Shown: positions 50,594 to 63,245 of the stretch, one piece after another
How the letters are laid out: each line of letters starts with the position of its first letter
Numbering within the stretch: the first letter of the stretch is position 1
Assembly (NCBI GenBank): GCA_951406725.2
Contig: OX597816.1
Coordinates: 173,972,001 to 174,036,000, forward strand
Direction: 5' to 3'
DNA from: Octopus vulgaris
Taxonomy: Eukaryota
DNA length: 64,000 nt
Notes under the pieces: model-generated
Told to the model about the DNA's origin: nothing
The model's database searches: none
Seen by the model: only the letters and a program-made list of their open reading frames with translations
Position numbers and translations under genes: made by a program

Positions 50594-51317
50594 GATGATA
50601 GGCAGGTTCTGTGTGGAATAATGTGCTACACCGGGCTCCCCATTCAAAAACAAATCTAATCTAATAACATCGGTGGAATGGGATAAAGGAACCTGTGGAA
50701 GACTTGAAGGAAGCAGCCTTTTAACGAAAATAATCTCCAAAATGAAATTTTACTGCCATACAAAGCACAGTTTCTCCTATGCACAATGTCTCAGTGAAAC
50801 ATGTGTGAAACACACGCGAAATCAACATTGGAAAGTTTACAAGTTATAAAATATAAATGGAATAAAACAGTCAGTACATAAATTGATTAATTATGCATAC
50901 ACTTGAATGTCTACACAATCATATATACATGTTGATACCCATAGGACTACACATAAATCCCAATGTTTACACAGCATGAAATTTACAGGACACACATACA
51001 CGCATATGAAAACATGTGTTACAAACAAAGCAAAAAAAAAAACCCAAAAAAAACAAAACAAAACAATTTTTTATGTTTTGAAGTAACACAGAGTGAACAA
51101 TTCATGAGTTTAAAAACACCACAAAAAACTATGCCTGGAGATAAATCTATTGACAAAAAAAAAATAAAGATGAATACAGATCTGTTAGCCTTAAGAAGCT
51201 ACTTTACAAGCAATGTTTTCATTCAGAGAACTCAGAGGCAGTGTTGTCTCAAAAAATCAACCCTAAACAGACAGATCCCCCCCACCTAATGTCAACATCC
51301 AAGCTCATTATGCCTCA

Positions 51318-54300
51318 ATGATAACAAAGCAAAATATAAACCAGATTGGTTGTCACCCGGATCACCAAGGTCCACATACCCAAGTGATGAACCAGAATGG
51401 GTATAAAAAATCAGTTACTGGTTTAAACCTTCCTGAAACACAGGAGCTGGAAGTACCACACAACCGGAATATTTCAACAGATGACCATCCACGCTCGTCA
51501 TCAAATAACCAAACGTAAAAGAATGAAAAATGGTTTATGGGAGACAATAAAGAAGTTCTTAAGGCCTTCTATCATGCCATATATTTCCCCACAAATAAAT
51601 CTAATACTGTACAAACCTACTTAAACTGGAGACAGAAACACCCTGAAGTGAGACCCTACATAGACAGTAACAAACTTGCCAACGTTAGAAGAAACATTAT
51701 GGAAAAGAAATTACTAACTGAAGTAGAGATTGACCAAATTGAACAATCAGTAAGAGATAAAAGGAAGGAAGTTGCAACTAAAGAAGATACTACAGAGGAA
51801 ATAATTATAAACCAACCCAGGTCTGATGAAAATGCAATAATGATTGAAAGAGTTAATCTAACTGATAAGCAAAGTGAAATACTCTCTGAACCGACCATAA
51901 ACACCAAGGTCTGATGAAAATCAAATAGATGAAGAAAGTCACACAGAAATTGACCCAACAGAACTACATGATCTAAAAAATCAAATCATGATTGAATGGA
52001 TGAAGATTAAAGAAACAAGAATAAATGAATATGACATTTTCCCAAAAATTTGCAATTCTAACCAAAACCTGAAAATAATTGGTAAACTCTACTTAAGGAT
52101 ATAATTTCAGCTAATGATGTTGATATTACAGATCTCAACGATTCTGTGTGGTGAAAAGATTAGAAAATGACAACATTCCCACATAAAACTTACTAAGCAA
52201 GAGTATATTCAACACCAAATTCAGCTACTTAGGTCTGATAATGAATGTTTAAAAAACCTTAAGTTAGACAAACTATCAAACCAACGAAAATCTGAAAATT
52301 ACAGAAAAAATATATGAAAACCATACATCGATACCACCGTGGAAACTATCAAGCAAAAGGGTATGCGCTAAAGCCACCTGCTTAGCAAGGTACGAAATGC
52401 GTGTTAGATTCTTCAAGGACAACATGTTCAAAAATAACCCCAAAAATTTTTACAGCAAGATAGGAAAAATATCAGTTACAGTAAAGTCTGTCCCATCAAA
52501 AGAAGAAGTGAAGGAATTTTGGAATAAAATTTGGGCAGAAGAAAAAACATACAATGAAAAGGTCCCTTGGATTGATAGACTTCTTAGACGAGCAAAAGTG
52601 GGAGGGTATCAATGTAGAAGATATAAAGATCTGCTCTCAGGAAATTGAGCAAATGGAAGTCTCCAGGAAAGGATAAAATTCCTAACTTCTGGTTGAATGC
52701 CTTCCCAGAGAGCCATGAACTGCTAACAAAACTTTACAATATTTTGCAACAATCTAGTATGATTCCCTCTTGGCTATTTAATGGTGTTACATTCCTACTT
52801 CCAAAAACTGAAGAACCAAATGAGCCAAAACATTATAGACCCATAACCTACTTAATGACAATGTATAAAATACTAACATCTGTCTTGACTGAATATACAT
52901 ATAGTTTTTTTAATAGAAAGTGGCATATTCCCTAATGAGCATAAAGGATGTAAACATGGGTCCTATGGTTGTAAAGATCAATAAGATGATCTTGGAAGAG
53001 TGTCACAAACAAGCCTGGATAGACTATAAAAATGCTTTTGACAGTCTACGACATGGCTGGATTAAGAAATGCCTGGAAATGTATAAAATAGCACCTACTC
53101 TGCAAATCTTCTTGTCTGTAAGTATGAAATCATGGAGAACCACACTTTGAACAGTGACAATGAATCTCCTCAAAGCTGGAGATGTAAGATTTTCCAGGGT
53201 GACTCTCTATCACCACTCCTCTTTTGTCTATCCCAAGTGCCTCTCTTGAAATTGCTCGATGATGTACAATACGGTTATAAAATGCTTGATAAAAATATAA
53301 ACCATCTCATTTACCTGCCAAGAAAAGAGGGTAGCCATGGACTTTTACAACTGGAATCAACAATGAAGATTGCCACAACTGGCCTAAACACCTACCTGAA
53401 AAACTCTGATGATTGGATGTTAAACTTGTCTTAACCCTTTCGTTACTATATTTCTGACCAAATTACACCCCTTATGTGTTTCAATTAATTTCTAACGTAA
53501 TCATAAATTTAGTCTGGTTTCATTAAACAACTATAACTTTTTTATTTATCGATATATTAATCTGATTTTTGGAAGATAATTTAATGAAATATTCTCAACC
53601 AATTCTATACTATAATTTTTGTCACAAAGTGACTCTAATTGCAGGTAGATACAGGTAAATTCAACAAAATATAAAATTATTAAAATTTTGTTCAAACATC
53701 GCTATAGAAAATGGGTTATTAGCTAATATTCAATTGGGTATACAACAAAATTTTACGATAGAATTTGTTATTCTGGGTAACTTTCTGATACCCATAATAA
53801 TATTTATGGCAAAATAGTCTTAATTTCATTTAAGGTTGTGGGAAACCACAAACTATCGTTTCTCATGCTTTGTTTACGTTTAGCGTAACGGTTCGTTCCC
53901 GCCGTAATGATTTCAAATAGGCTCATTCGAAAAAGTAAAAAGAAGTAGTCTTAGACTTTCTGGGAAAGCCTGTGACTTGGTCCAGTTTCTTCAGAAAAAT
54001 CACCGAAAGAAACAGTTTTTAAATTTTCACTCCATTCGGGTGCCAATTCATTTTCTTTATCGCTGTCGATCTCGGATTCACAGTTTTCACTTTCGGAAAA
54101 TGAAACATCAGATTCATTATCAAATACCACATGCTTTTTTTTTCAGTCATAGAGTTAGATTTATGAAGGTCTTCAGTAGAAAATCCTTCGAATTCTGACT
54201 CGCTGCTTGATATAATGAAATTCGTATCCATTTTTTGTCAGAATTACAAATTTTGAAAACACAATAGGAACAAATTTCGGAAAAAAATCTCCCAAAATTC

Positions 54301-54745
54301 ACGGAATTAAAATTACACTTCGATTATTGTACAAAACTGTAGTTGAACTCTTTACGAAGTATAATATGTGTTTTCACAAATGTACTAAAGAGATTTGCTC
54401 TGATATTCTCATTTAAATATGAATAGGTAAATTCGGGCGGCTTTGGGCAGTTTGGTTTCATTAACCAAAATTTTTTTCGGGCGGCTTTGGGCGGTTTGGT
54501 AACGAAAGGGTTAAAGCATGAAAATAAGAAAGCATCATACAAAACAGGCAAAGGAATATCTAAGTGAATTCCAACAAATTCCAGAATTAGCTGTACTGAA
54601 AACAAGCACAGAAAAAGCTAATCATATGAGAACCTGTGCTAAAACTGCTGCCTTAGATATTCTTAATGATAAATGGCAAGGGAAACCTCTCAATGGCAAA
54701 TACCCAAAGAGAGCTAATAGTGCCGATGTTGACAAAGGCCTTACC
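51318..54745 (+). mobile_element. Decayed Dong/R4-clade LINE (N-terminal domain + RT), interrupted by piggyBac
   Basis: KLANVRRNIMEKKLLTEVEI, KWKSPGKDKIPNFWL, YRPIT, AWIDYKNAFDS, IFQGDSLSPLLFCL, YLPRKEG, WQGKPLNGKY; the frame resumes across the TTAA. Confidence 0.85.
53435..54510 (-). mobile_element. Internally deleted piggyBac-type transposon
   Basis: TIR CCCTTTCGTTAC; TTAA TSD (53431-53434, 54511-54514); sub-terminal TCGGGCGGCTTTGGGC repeats; acidic N-terminal remnant MDTNFIISSSESEFEGFSTEDL. Confidence 0.85.
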
Positions 54746-54749
54746 CAAC

Positions 54750-57530
54750 TTAAGAGAACAAAAAATGGCAGAGCAAAAGAACCATGGTGGAAACAATGCA
54801 TTGAAAGGGATATAATGCAGGCAAGGCAAGATCTAGGAAAAATTGAGCAATGGTTAAGAGGAAACTGGAAAAATGGGAAAAAGACTGACCAAGAAAAATT
54901 AGAGAAGAAATATAAAATATGGAAGAATGGGTTTGATGCAGTAATAGAGCAGTTAAAGCAGAGGATCATGGCAAAATTCAGAAGATCAGAAGATTTGTGA
55001 ACAGAAGTAAGCAGTTCGGGGAGAACAGATTGTTCAAAAATAACCCAAAGTAATTCTTCCGAAAGTTAGAAGAGGACAACAGGGAAAATGTTGCTCCTGA
55101 TGCAAATCAAGTTAAGGAATTCTGGAGCGGATTATGAAGAAACAATGTGGTGCATAAAAGGGATGCAATGTGGATAGGAACTATCAAGACAGAATCACAA
55201 GGAGGAAAGAAACAAAGGAATACTGTCATAAGCACGGGTGATGTGAAAGAACAAGTGGGTAAAGGGACTAACTGGACCCCATCCCCAATCAGATGGGATT
55301 CATGGCTTTTAGCTGAAGAGATGCCATGCAGTACATGAAAGACTAGCAGCCCAATTGAATGGGTGTGTCTGGAAAGGTACAGTCCCCACGTGGATGGTGA
55401 CTGGGAGGACAACACTTATAATGAAAGATGGAAGAAAGGGGAATATTGTGGGGAACTGCTATCCAATAGCATGCCTAAACATAATCTGGAAGATACTCAC
55501 TGGAATATGTGCAGCAAAGAACACTTTCCTGGCACAGGAAGAAATACTACCAAGGGAAGAAAAAGGATGTAGGAAGACTTCTCAGGGTACCAAAGATCAC
55601 CTGGTCATCAATAAAGCAGTTTTGAGGCATTGTAAAAAACATCATACAAACATGTCTATGGCTTGGATTGACTTGAAGAAGGCATATGATATGATGCCTC
55701 ATTCTTGGATCGTTGAATGTCTGCAGATTTTGCGTTGCTGACAACATCACAAATTTTCTGATGCATCGCATGAAAGAGTGGAAAACCAAATTATACTCCA
55801 GTAATGTATTCCTTGGAGAAGTTGATATTAAAAGGGGCATCTTCCAAGGTGACTTGTTTTCTCCGTTACTATTTGTAATTGCACTAATACCCATAACAAT
55901 GACACTTAGGAAAGTTAAGATGGGTTAGCAATGTGGGAAGAAAGGCCCATCATTGAACTATCTTCTGTTTATGGATGACCTGAAATTGTTTGGGAAATCT
56001 GAAAAACAGATTCCTTAACCAAAACAGTCCAGAACTGTGGTAGGGACACCGGTATGGAATTTGGGATTACCAGGTGCTCAGTACTTAATATGAAAAGAGG
56101 GAAGAAAGTAGCCTGCAGAGGATTGCAGTTACCATCAGGAAAGACAATGGGTGAACCCGACAGCAGTTGGAATAGATATTTAGGGATTTTGGAGCTGGAT
56201 GACATTCTACACAGAGAAATGAAAGTCAAGGTCAGTGAGGCGTATTAAAAAAGGGTGAAGATGATGTTGAAATCTAACCTGAATGCCAAAAATTTGATTA
56301 CCGCAATGAATATCTGGGTAGTTGTGGTCAGATATAGTGCATCCGTTCTCAAATGGACTAAGGAGGACATATCAACACTGGATAGAAGGACAAGAAAGTT
56401 GATGACGTTGCATGTAAATAGATTGGATATAAAAAGAAAGGATGGTGGCAGAGGATTAATTAGTATAGACCATTGTATAAGGAGTGGAAGGAGAATGCTT
56501 GTCGAGTATTTGATAAATAGTGATGAAGACCTGCAGCCATATGCCACGAAAGATATGGGTGTAATTGCAGATGAAATGATGGGCAAGGAAGAGTTTAACC
56601 AAAGAGCTGAGGAGAAGAGAAAAGAAGGCCTTCTTGAAATGAGAATGCATGAACAGTTTGAAAAGAATACACAGGACGTTAGGGATAATACAGCATCGAG
56701 GGTATGGCCTGGGTAAGGTGATTTGAAGTGTACTACTGAAAGCTGCACAAGACCAGGCTCTTGCTACCAATTCGATGAAGTTTAACACCTATAAGACTTC
56801 TGACACCCAGAAATGCAGACTCTGTGGAAAGAGTGAGGAAAATGTGACATTCTTGGTAAGTGGATGTAAGAGCCTTGCACTAAAAGAATATAAGCGCTGC
56901 CATGATAAAGTGTGTATCTTCATTGGCTCTTATGAGCATGTACCAAATAATGTATCGCTGCCACAATAAAGTATGTATGTATCTTCATTGGCTCTTCTGC
57001 TGTAAATACCAATAAGAAGGAACAGAGAACTGATATGTGCATGTACCAAATAAAGTTATGCAGGAGGATGGAAAAGTAATGATACTCTGGGACTGCGATT
57101 TTCAGACGAATCATGTAATCGAACACTGTCACCCAGATATTGTCACATTAAATAAGAGAGACAAATACTGTCAGATCATTGATGTAGCCATACCAAATGA
57201 CATGAATGTTGTGAGTAAAGAGGTTGAAAAAAGTCATCAAGTACTCCAAACTGAAAGTGGAAATGACAAGACTGTGAGAGGGTAATGTAAAAGTGATACC
57301 AGTGGTGATCGGAGTGTTCGGCTCAATTCCAATAAAACTTCAAAACTTCTTAAGGCAACTGGAAATCCCATGCAAGATTGATGTCTTGCAAAAAGCAGCC
57401 TTATTGGGTACAGTGCACATCTTAAGGAAAGTATTATCTGTCTGAGGTTGTTGTTGTGACTTGACAGATGACTAAAGACTCAGGTAAATTTTTACCGACA
57501 CTGTGTTACAAAGGAATAATAATAATAACA
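54750..57530 (+). mobile_element. Second Dong/R4-clade LINE, 5'-truncated (RT + CCHC + RLE)
   Basis: AWIDLKKAYDMMPHSWI, GIFQGDLFSPLLF, LFMDDLKLF, AAQDQAL, CRLCG..EE...LVSGC, ILWD...PDIV...IIDVAIP; (AAT)n tail. Confidence 0.9.
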
Positions 57531-58621
57531 ACTAGTGGGACCTATGAATATTTCATAGAATTAATGGTTAACCTATTGGGTTATTTCTGAAAACTTAATC
57601 CAAAAAACCTGAAAGTGTAGCCTGTATTGTGTTCGTATGGAAAGACAGTCGCTCATCTACTACTCATTGAAAAGTGAAAGAAACTGGAATACGGTGATTA
57701 TTTAATGCAGTTCATATACTTTATGCACAATTTTATAGACTTAATACACAGCACTCATAAAATAAATATTCACTCTTATTTTTCCATTTTCCCCAAAACA
57801 TAAAAATATCCCATACATATGATACAATCTTTAGTTAAATTACATATATCTGCCACATAAACATATTTCATGAGATTGCACTTATGTGCATGCATTTAGT
57901 CATAGATGATATAAATAAAACTTAGTTAAAAAAAAATACTTTTCACTATCCAATCACCACCACCATCACCATCACCACTGCCATCATCACAATCACCATC
58001 ATCTCTCTCCCCACTCTCTTTCTCTGACTTTTTTAACCTCACCATCAGAACATTGCTCCTCTGGTAAAATTATTACATTCCTACTATCTCATGTCATGGA
58101 TGCTTCTCTCTTGCTTTTTCTTTCTCCCTCTTTCTGTTTCACTCTTTGCCTTATCCTCTTTTTCTCACTCCTTTTCCTTTCTCTTCTCTTTCCCTTCAAC
58201 TAAATCATATGAAAGCGTTACAATTACAATCCCTCTACCTCACCTCATGGATGCTTCTCTCTCCCTCTTTTTCTCTAATCATGGGAAAGCGTTAACAACA
58301 GGCTTAGTAATGCAATGACAAGCAGAATTATTTAAAGTAATAAGAATAATAACAAATAATTTCTAACTTTGGCACAATGCAACACATTTGTGAATAGGGG
58401 TAGAGCTAATTAATGATCTTCAGTACTTTACAAATATCAATTTTCATCAATTCTGGAAGAATAAATGGTAAAGTATGCTCTGGTAGGATTTGAACTCAGA
58501 ATATAGGAGGAATGTTATTAAACATCTTGCAATATTTAGTCCAGTACTCTACCAATTCTGCTATCTGCTACTCTCTTGGAGTTAAGGGGAGCTGTTATAT
58601 GGTTTCTTGGCCTACTAGAAA

Positions 58622-58920
58622 TCTTTATATATAAAAGTGAAGTTGTGTGTCTGTCTCCTATGATTTAGATTCCTAACTACTCCCACATTTTGCGGTGCAG
58701 TGTAACCAAAAGCAGGTATCTTATAGTCGTGATTCATATCGAGCCCTTCTGGGTATTAGTGCGCGTCTACGATGAGTCTATGATTTTAAAAAAAATTTAC
58801 CATCATTTTTCCCATTTTTAATGCATTTTTTTTGCTATTATATAAGGGAAGTAACTCTCTAAAAATGCTTATATAGTTATTTCCCTTACAAACCCGAGCA
58901 ACGCTGGGCGATACTGCTAG
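58622..58920 (+). mobile_element. Non-autonomous Helitron
   Basis: A|TC...CTAG|T. Confidence 0.85.
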
Positions 58921-59447
58921 TAACATACAAATCTCCATCAACAATGCTTGCCATCTTTCAAAAAAGGACACTTTAGATAATGTAATCACTGAGATATAAA
59001 GACTCCAAGCTCATAGCTGAATTGCCTTTGGTTGTTAACTTTACTGACTTGAGGCTTACTTGGGGCTAACAACAACAGCATCCTTCTTCAACTTCCTATA
59101 GTACATATGGGTCAAACCTACTTTGAGCTGATCAAAAATAAACTCTATGAGATGTTATTCTTCATAGGCTGTCAGTAGGGAGCTTAAATTATTTTTTTAC
59201 ACAAATAACTATGCGGTAAGGAGTGTGTACAAATTGCTAAAGCCACACTCAGTATTTTGGCCATACCAGTAACAAAATAAACAACTACTACAAGTAATGA
59301 CAAAACCAAACAGTAAGAAACATAAGAATACAGAAGAGAAATATAGAAACAGCAACAACAACATCAGCAAGAGAGCTTGGAATTTGTATACTGTGACCTC
59401 TTATCAACCACTACAGTAAAAAGACAAAAAAAGAAAAAAAAAAAACA

Positions 59448-59605
59448 TCTGTGTGGTAAGTAGCTTGTTTACCAACCACATGGTTCCGGGATCAGTCCCA
59501 CTGTTTGCACCTTGGGCAAGTGTCTTCTACTATAGCCCCAGGCCGACCAAAGCCTTGTGAGTGGATTTGGTAGACGGAAACTGAAAGAAGCCTGTCGTAT
59601 ATATG

Positions 59606-59640
<35 letters not shown>

Positions 59641-59845
59641 ATGTTTGTCCCCCTAGCATTGCTTGACAACCGATGCTGGTGTGTTTATGTCCCCATCACT
59701 TAGCGGTTCGGCAAAAGAGACCAATAGAATAAGTACTGGGCTTACAAAGAATAAGTCCCGGGGTCGAGTTGCCCGATTAAAGGCGGTGCTCCAGCATGGC
59801 CGCAGTCATAATGACTGAAACAAGTAAAAAGAAAAAGAAAGAAAG
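59448..59845 (+). mobile_element. SINE family A (5'-clipped)
   Basis: Forward copy. Confidence 0.88.
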
Positions 59846-61275
59846 AACAACAAGAGCCCATCTACTTAGCGTATCCTGTTTAGGGTACTGAGTATCTCAT
59901 CATAAGAAACAGTACAAAGATGACCAAGGCTTGAATACCAACAATCCTTCCTTTAGACTACAATACTATGGAGAGAGATGCAGTTCACTGTTGTAGGCAG
60001 AAGAATCATTATATAATTGACAAATATTTCTTTTTTAAGTCAATGCTGATAGTTCTCAAAGCATCCTGTAGAGGAAGCCTATGTGGCAAAACCATGATAT
60101 TATAACAAAAGTACATAAAGTCAGAATTGTCAAACTTCAGAAGCCCTGAGTCAACTTACTGCTGGGGGATCTATTATTCCATGAATCTATCTCAACCAGT
60201 TTGATAGTAATTCAGCATGAGACACATGGTCAGAGTAGTAATTGGCCTAGCTAGTACAGACAACTAAGGCACAGCTTCATGCATTCAAACTGATAAACAA
60301 CAATGATCTGAGGAGTAACTACTATTAAATGAAAACAAGACAACAAAGAAAACTACAAGGGGGAAAAAAAGAGTAGATATGGGCTATGATGACACAAAAC
60401 ACTATCAAAGAAAAAAAGAAAGAAAAAGTTTGACATCTAAATTGTAGAAATCTGTAATCAAGATATACTACTTGTGACAACCATATTGATTTGTTTATTC
60501 ATGTATGAAATAAATATGCAAATCATTTCTAGAATCTTCAGATATTCTAATTACAGAGAATACACACATACACACACACATGTGTATGTATCCATCCCCT
60601 AACAAATAAACAAATAAAACATTTTAAATGTATATATAAATAAAAACAAAATATCCTAATTACAGAGATGAGAAAGTAAAAATAAAATAAAATCTAAGAA
60701 ATAAATTTAAAAAATAGATGAATAAATTTTCAGTAAATATCCTAATTACAGAGTCAAAATTATATATAATATAAAAGCATAAAATAAAATCAATGAATTC
60801 ATCACTATTATTTTTATTTTTCCCCTTAGTATTTCTTTCAATATGTAGATTGGTTATTTATGACTTTTCACTGAAATGGGAGTGATAATATTGGTCAAGC
60901 AGAGAGCATTAAACTTCGCTCACAAGCCAGACAGCCCTTTGATGGACTTGAACTCAATACTACTTGCTCATGAAATATTAATTAGACCATGGTCCAATTT
61001 TTTATTGTGATATCTACCTTTCATATACAGTTGAGAGTTCAAATACACGGCAGATGTTTCACTGTTTCTGTATAGAACACATTATTTTACATAGCCTCAG
61101 TTCACCTTGCTACCAGTGGCTAATAGGTTCCCAGTCATCTTGTGAATGTAGCCTGGTATAAGGTTCGTATCCGATTCACGGAGGCATTTATTTCTCATCC
61201 GCTTGATGACAAGAGGCTGGAGCTAAGTCTTGATATTTGAAGGATCCTCAGAAGTGTGAAGACATTTACATTTTA

Positions 61276-61468
61276 CTAGCAGTATCGCCCGGCATTGCTC
61301 AGGTTTGTAAGGGAAATAACTATATAAGCATTTTTAGAGAGTTATAGCCAAAAATTAGCAAAAAATGCATTAAAAATGGGAAAAAAATGATGGTAAATTT
61401 TTTTAAAAATCGATTGTAGACGCGCGCTAATACCCAGAAGGGCTCGATATGAATCACGACTATAAGAT
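61276..61468 (-). mobile_element. Non-autonomous Helitron, 3' half only
   Basis: CTAG at 61276 plus hairpin; breaks off at the SINE C junction. Confidence 0.8.
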
Positions 61469-61471
61469 AGT

Positions 61472-61773
61472 TAAACCCAGACCGGGCGTTGTGAGTGTTT
61501 ATTGAGCGAAACCACCTAAAGCTCCACGAGGCTCTGGCAGGGATGGTGGTGATCCCTGCTGTACTCATTCACCACAACTTTCTCTCACTCTTACTTCCTG
61601 TTTCTGTTGTACCTGTATTTCAAAGGGCCGGCCTTGTCACTCTCTGTGTCACGCTGAATATCCCCGAGAACTACGTTAAGGGTACACGTGTCTGTGGAGT
61701 GCTCAGCCACTTACACGTTAATTTCACAAGCAGGCTGTTCCGTTGATCGGATCAACCGGAACCCTCGTCGTCA
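61472..61773 (+). mobile_element. SINE family C, truncated
   Basis: Reverse complement of the body at 15165-15460. Confidence 0.8.
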
Positions 61774-61782
61774 TTCCAATCC

Positions 61783-61940
61783 AATTTGAGAGATGAGGAA
61801 TTATGTACATTATTTACATTTGACAGATATTTGTCTTCATTTTGTTTGTTAACACGTTTCAGCTGATATACCTTCCAGCCTTCTTCAGGTGTCCTGGGGA
61901 AATTTCGAACCTGGGTTCTCATTCCTAAGGTATTTTTCAA

Positions 61941-61977
<37 letters not shown>

Positions 61978-62303
61978 GTTATTATTCAGGTCACTGCCTG
62001 GACTTGAACTCGGGCAAATGGTGTAGTGGTTAAGAGTGCGGGCTGCTAACCCCAAGATTCCGAGTTCAATTCCAGGCAGTGACCTGAACAACAACAACAA
62101 CAACAACAACAGCAGCAGCAGCAGCAGTAACAGCAACAACAACGAAAAATACCTTGGGAATGAGAACCCAGGTACAAAATTCCCCCAAGACACCTGAAGA
62201 AGGCTGGAAATTATATAAGCTGAAACGTTGTGTTAACAACAGACAAGATGAGGACAAATACCCATCAAATGTAAATAATGACCATAATTCTTATTTGCTC
62301 GAA
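61783..62303. mobile_element. Inverted pair of a tRNA-headed short element carrying a Penelope-type hammerhead motif
   Basis: Plus copy ~62012-62303 with A-box TGGTGTAGTGG, B-box GAGTTCAATTCC, (CAA/CAG)n and HHR motif; minus copy ~62012-61783 begins at the B-box. Confidence 0.75.
62189..62234 (+). ncRNA. Minimal type I hammerhead ribozyme motif
   Basis: GACAC-CTGAAGA-AGGCTG...AAGCT-GAAAC-GTT-GTGTT: stem I GACAC/GTGTT, conserved core, loopless palindromic stem III (AACGTT). Confidence 0.6.
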
Positions 62304-62689
62304 ATCTGTTCTCAGTAAGCTAAACTCATAGCTTCCTTTCAGTTCTCAGCTGTATACAATTCACTTCACTCTGTAAATCTTTTATGAAGTCAATTTAGTT
62401 GGAGCATAGATCACATTCAAAATAATGATTTGCTCTCACTGGTGAGAAGGAGAATTAAATATGGCTAGGGGTCTAGAGAGAACTATAGAAGGATTGGCTA
62501 ATAACATAAATAGAAGAATCAAGCAAAAGTTCAACAATTTATAAACTATTACTGATGCTGATCCAGTTCACTTTACTAAGAGTAGAACCAAACAGTTAAT
62601 TTACTGCTGTAAATACCGCCAAACAATACCTACTTTTTGATTTATTTCACCCAAAACACACTAAAACAAACATCCCTTTCAACCTTGCA

Positions 62690-63245
62690 AGAAGGATATG
62701 CACAATAGTGTCAGAACAAAATACCAGGAACTTTAGACTACAAGAACTCAAAAATACCCTAATTAACAGACCCAGTTCAACTCTTGTTTTCTGAAATTAC
62801 GGATGCAAAAGTAAAAAAATGTGGTAGACCAAACTGTGCAACATGCCCAAACCTTCTAGAAGGATCAGAATTCCTCTTCAAAGAGGGACAAAAATTCAAG
62901 ATCAAATCTAATTTTACTTGTGCTTCAGAAAACATAATTTATGTCATAAGATGGTCGGGCTGCCACCAAAACTACATAGGGTCCACGGGATTATCACTCA
63001 GACGCAGATGCACTCTGCATCGACAACAGATTGCATTCCCAGAATAAAGAATGATACCCTTTAGTGAGCATATTGAGAAATGCGCAAAGCAACTACTACC
63101 ACAATTCTTAATCTTTCCATTTCATCAATGTGCTATTGGAACACCAACACAAATTAGATTTAACAAGGAAACATTGTTCACTGAAAAATATAAGCCTAAA
63201 CTTAACCATCCTAACATTCTTATACAGAGAAACTCATCTCATTGA
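62690..63245 (+). mobile_element. Penelope-like element GIY-YIG endonuclease remnant
   Basis: CGRPNCATC...FTCASENIIYVIRWSGCHQNYIGSTG.SLRRR...HRQQI...SEH...KYKPKLN; one in-frame stop. Confidence 0.85.

Noticed and set aside
62012-62085. Functional tRNA-Ser(GCT) gene
   Set aside because: No convincing acceptor stem, long variable arm or oligo-T terminator; continuous with a repeat body, so treated as a SINE-like head.
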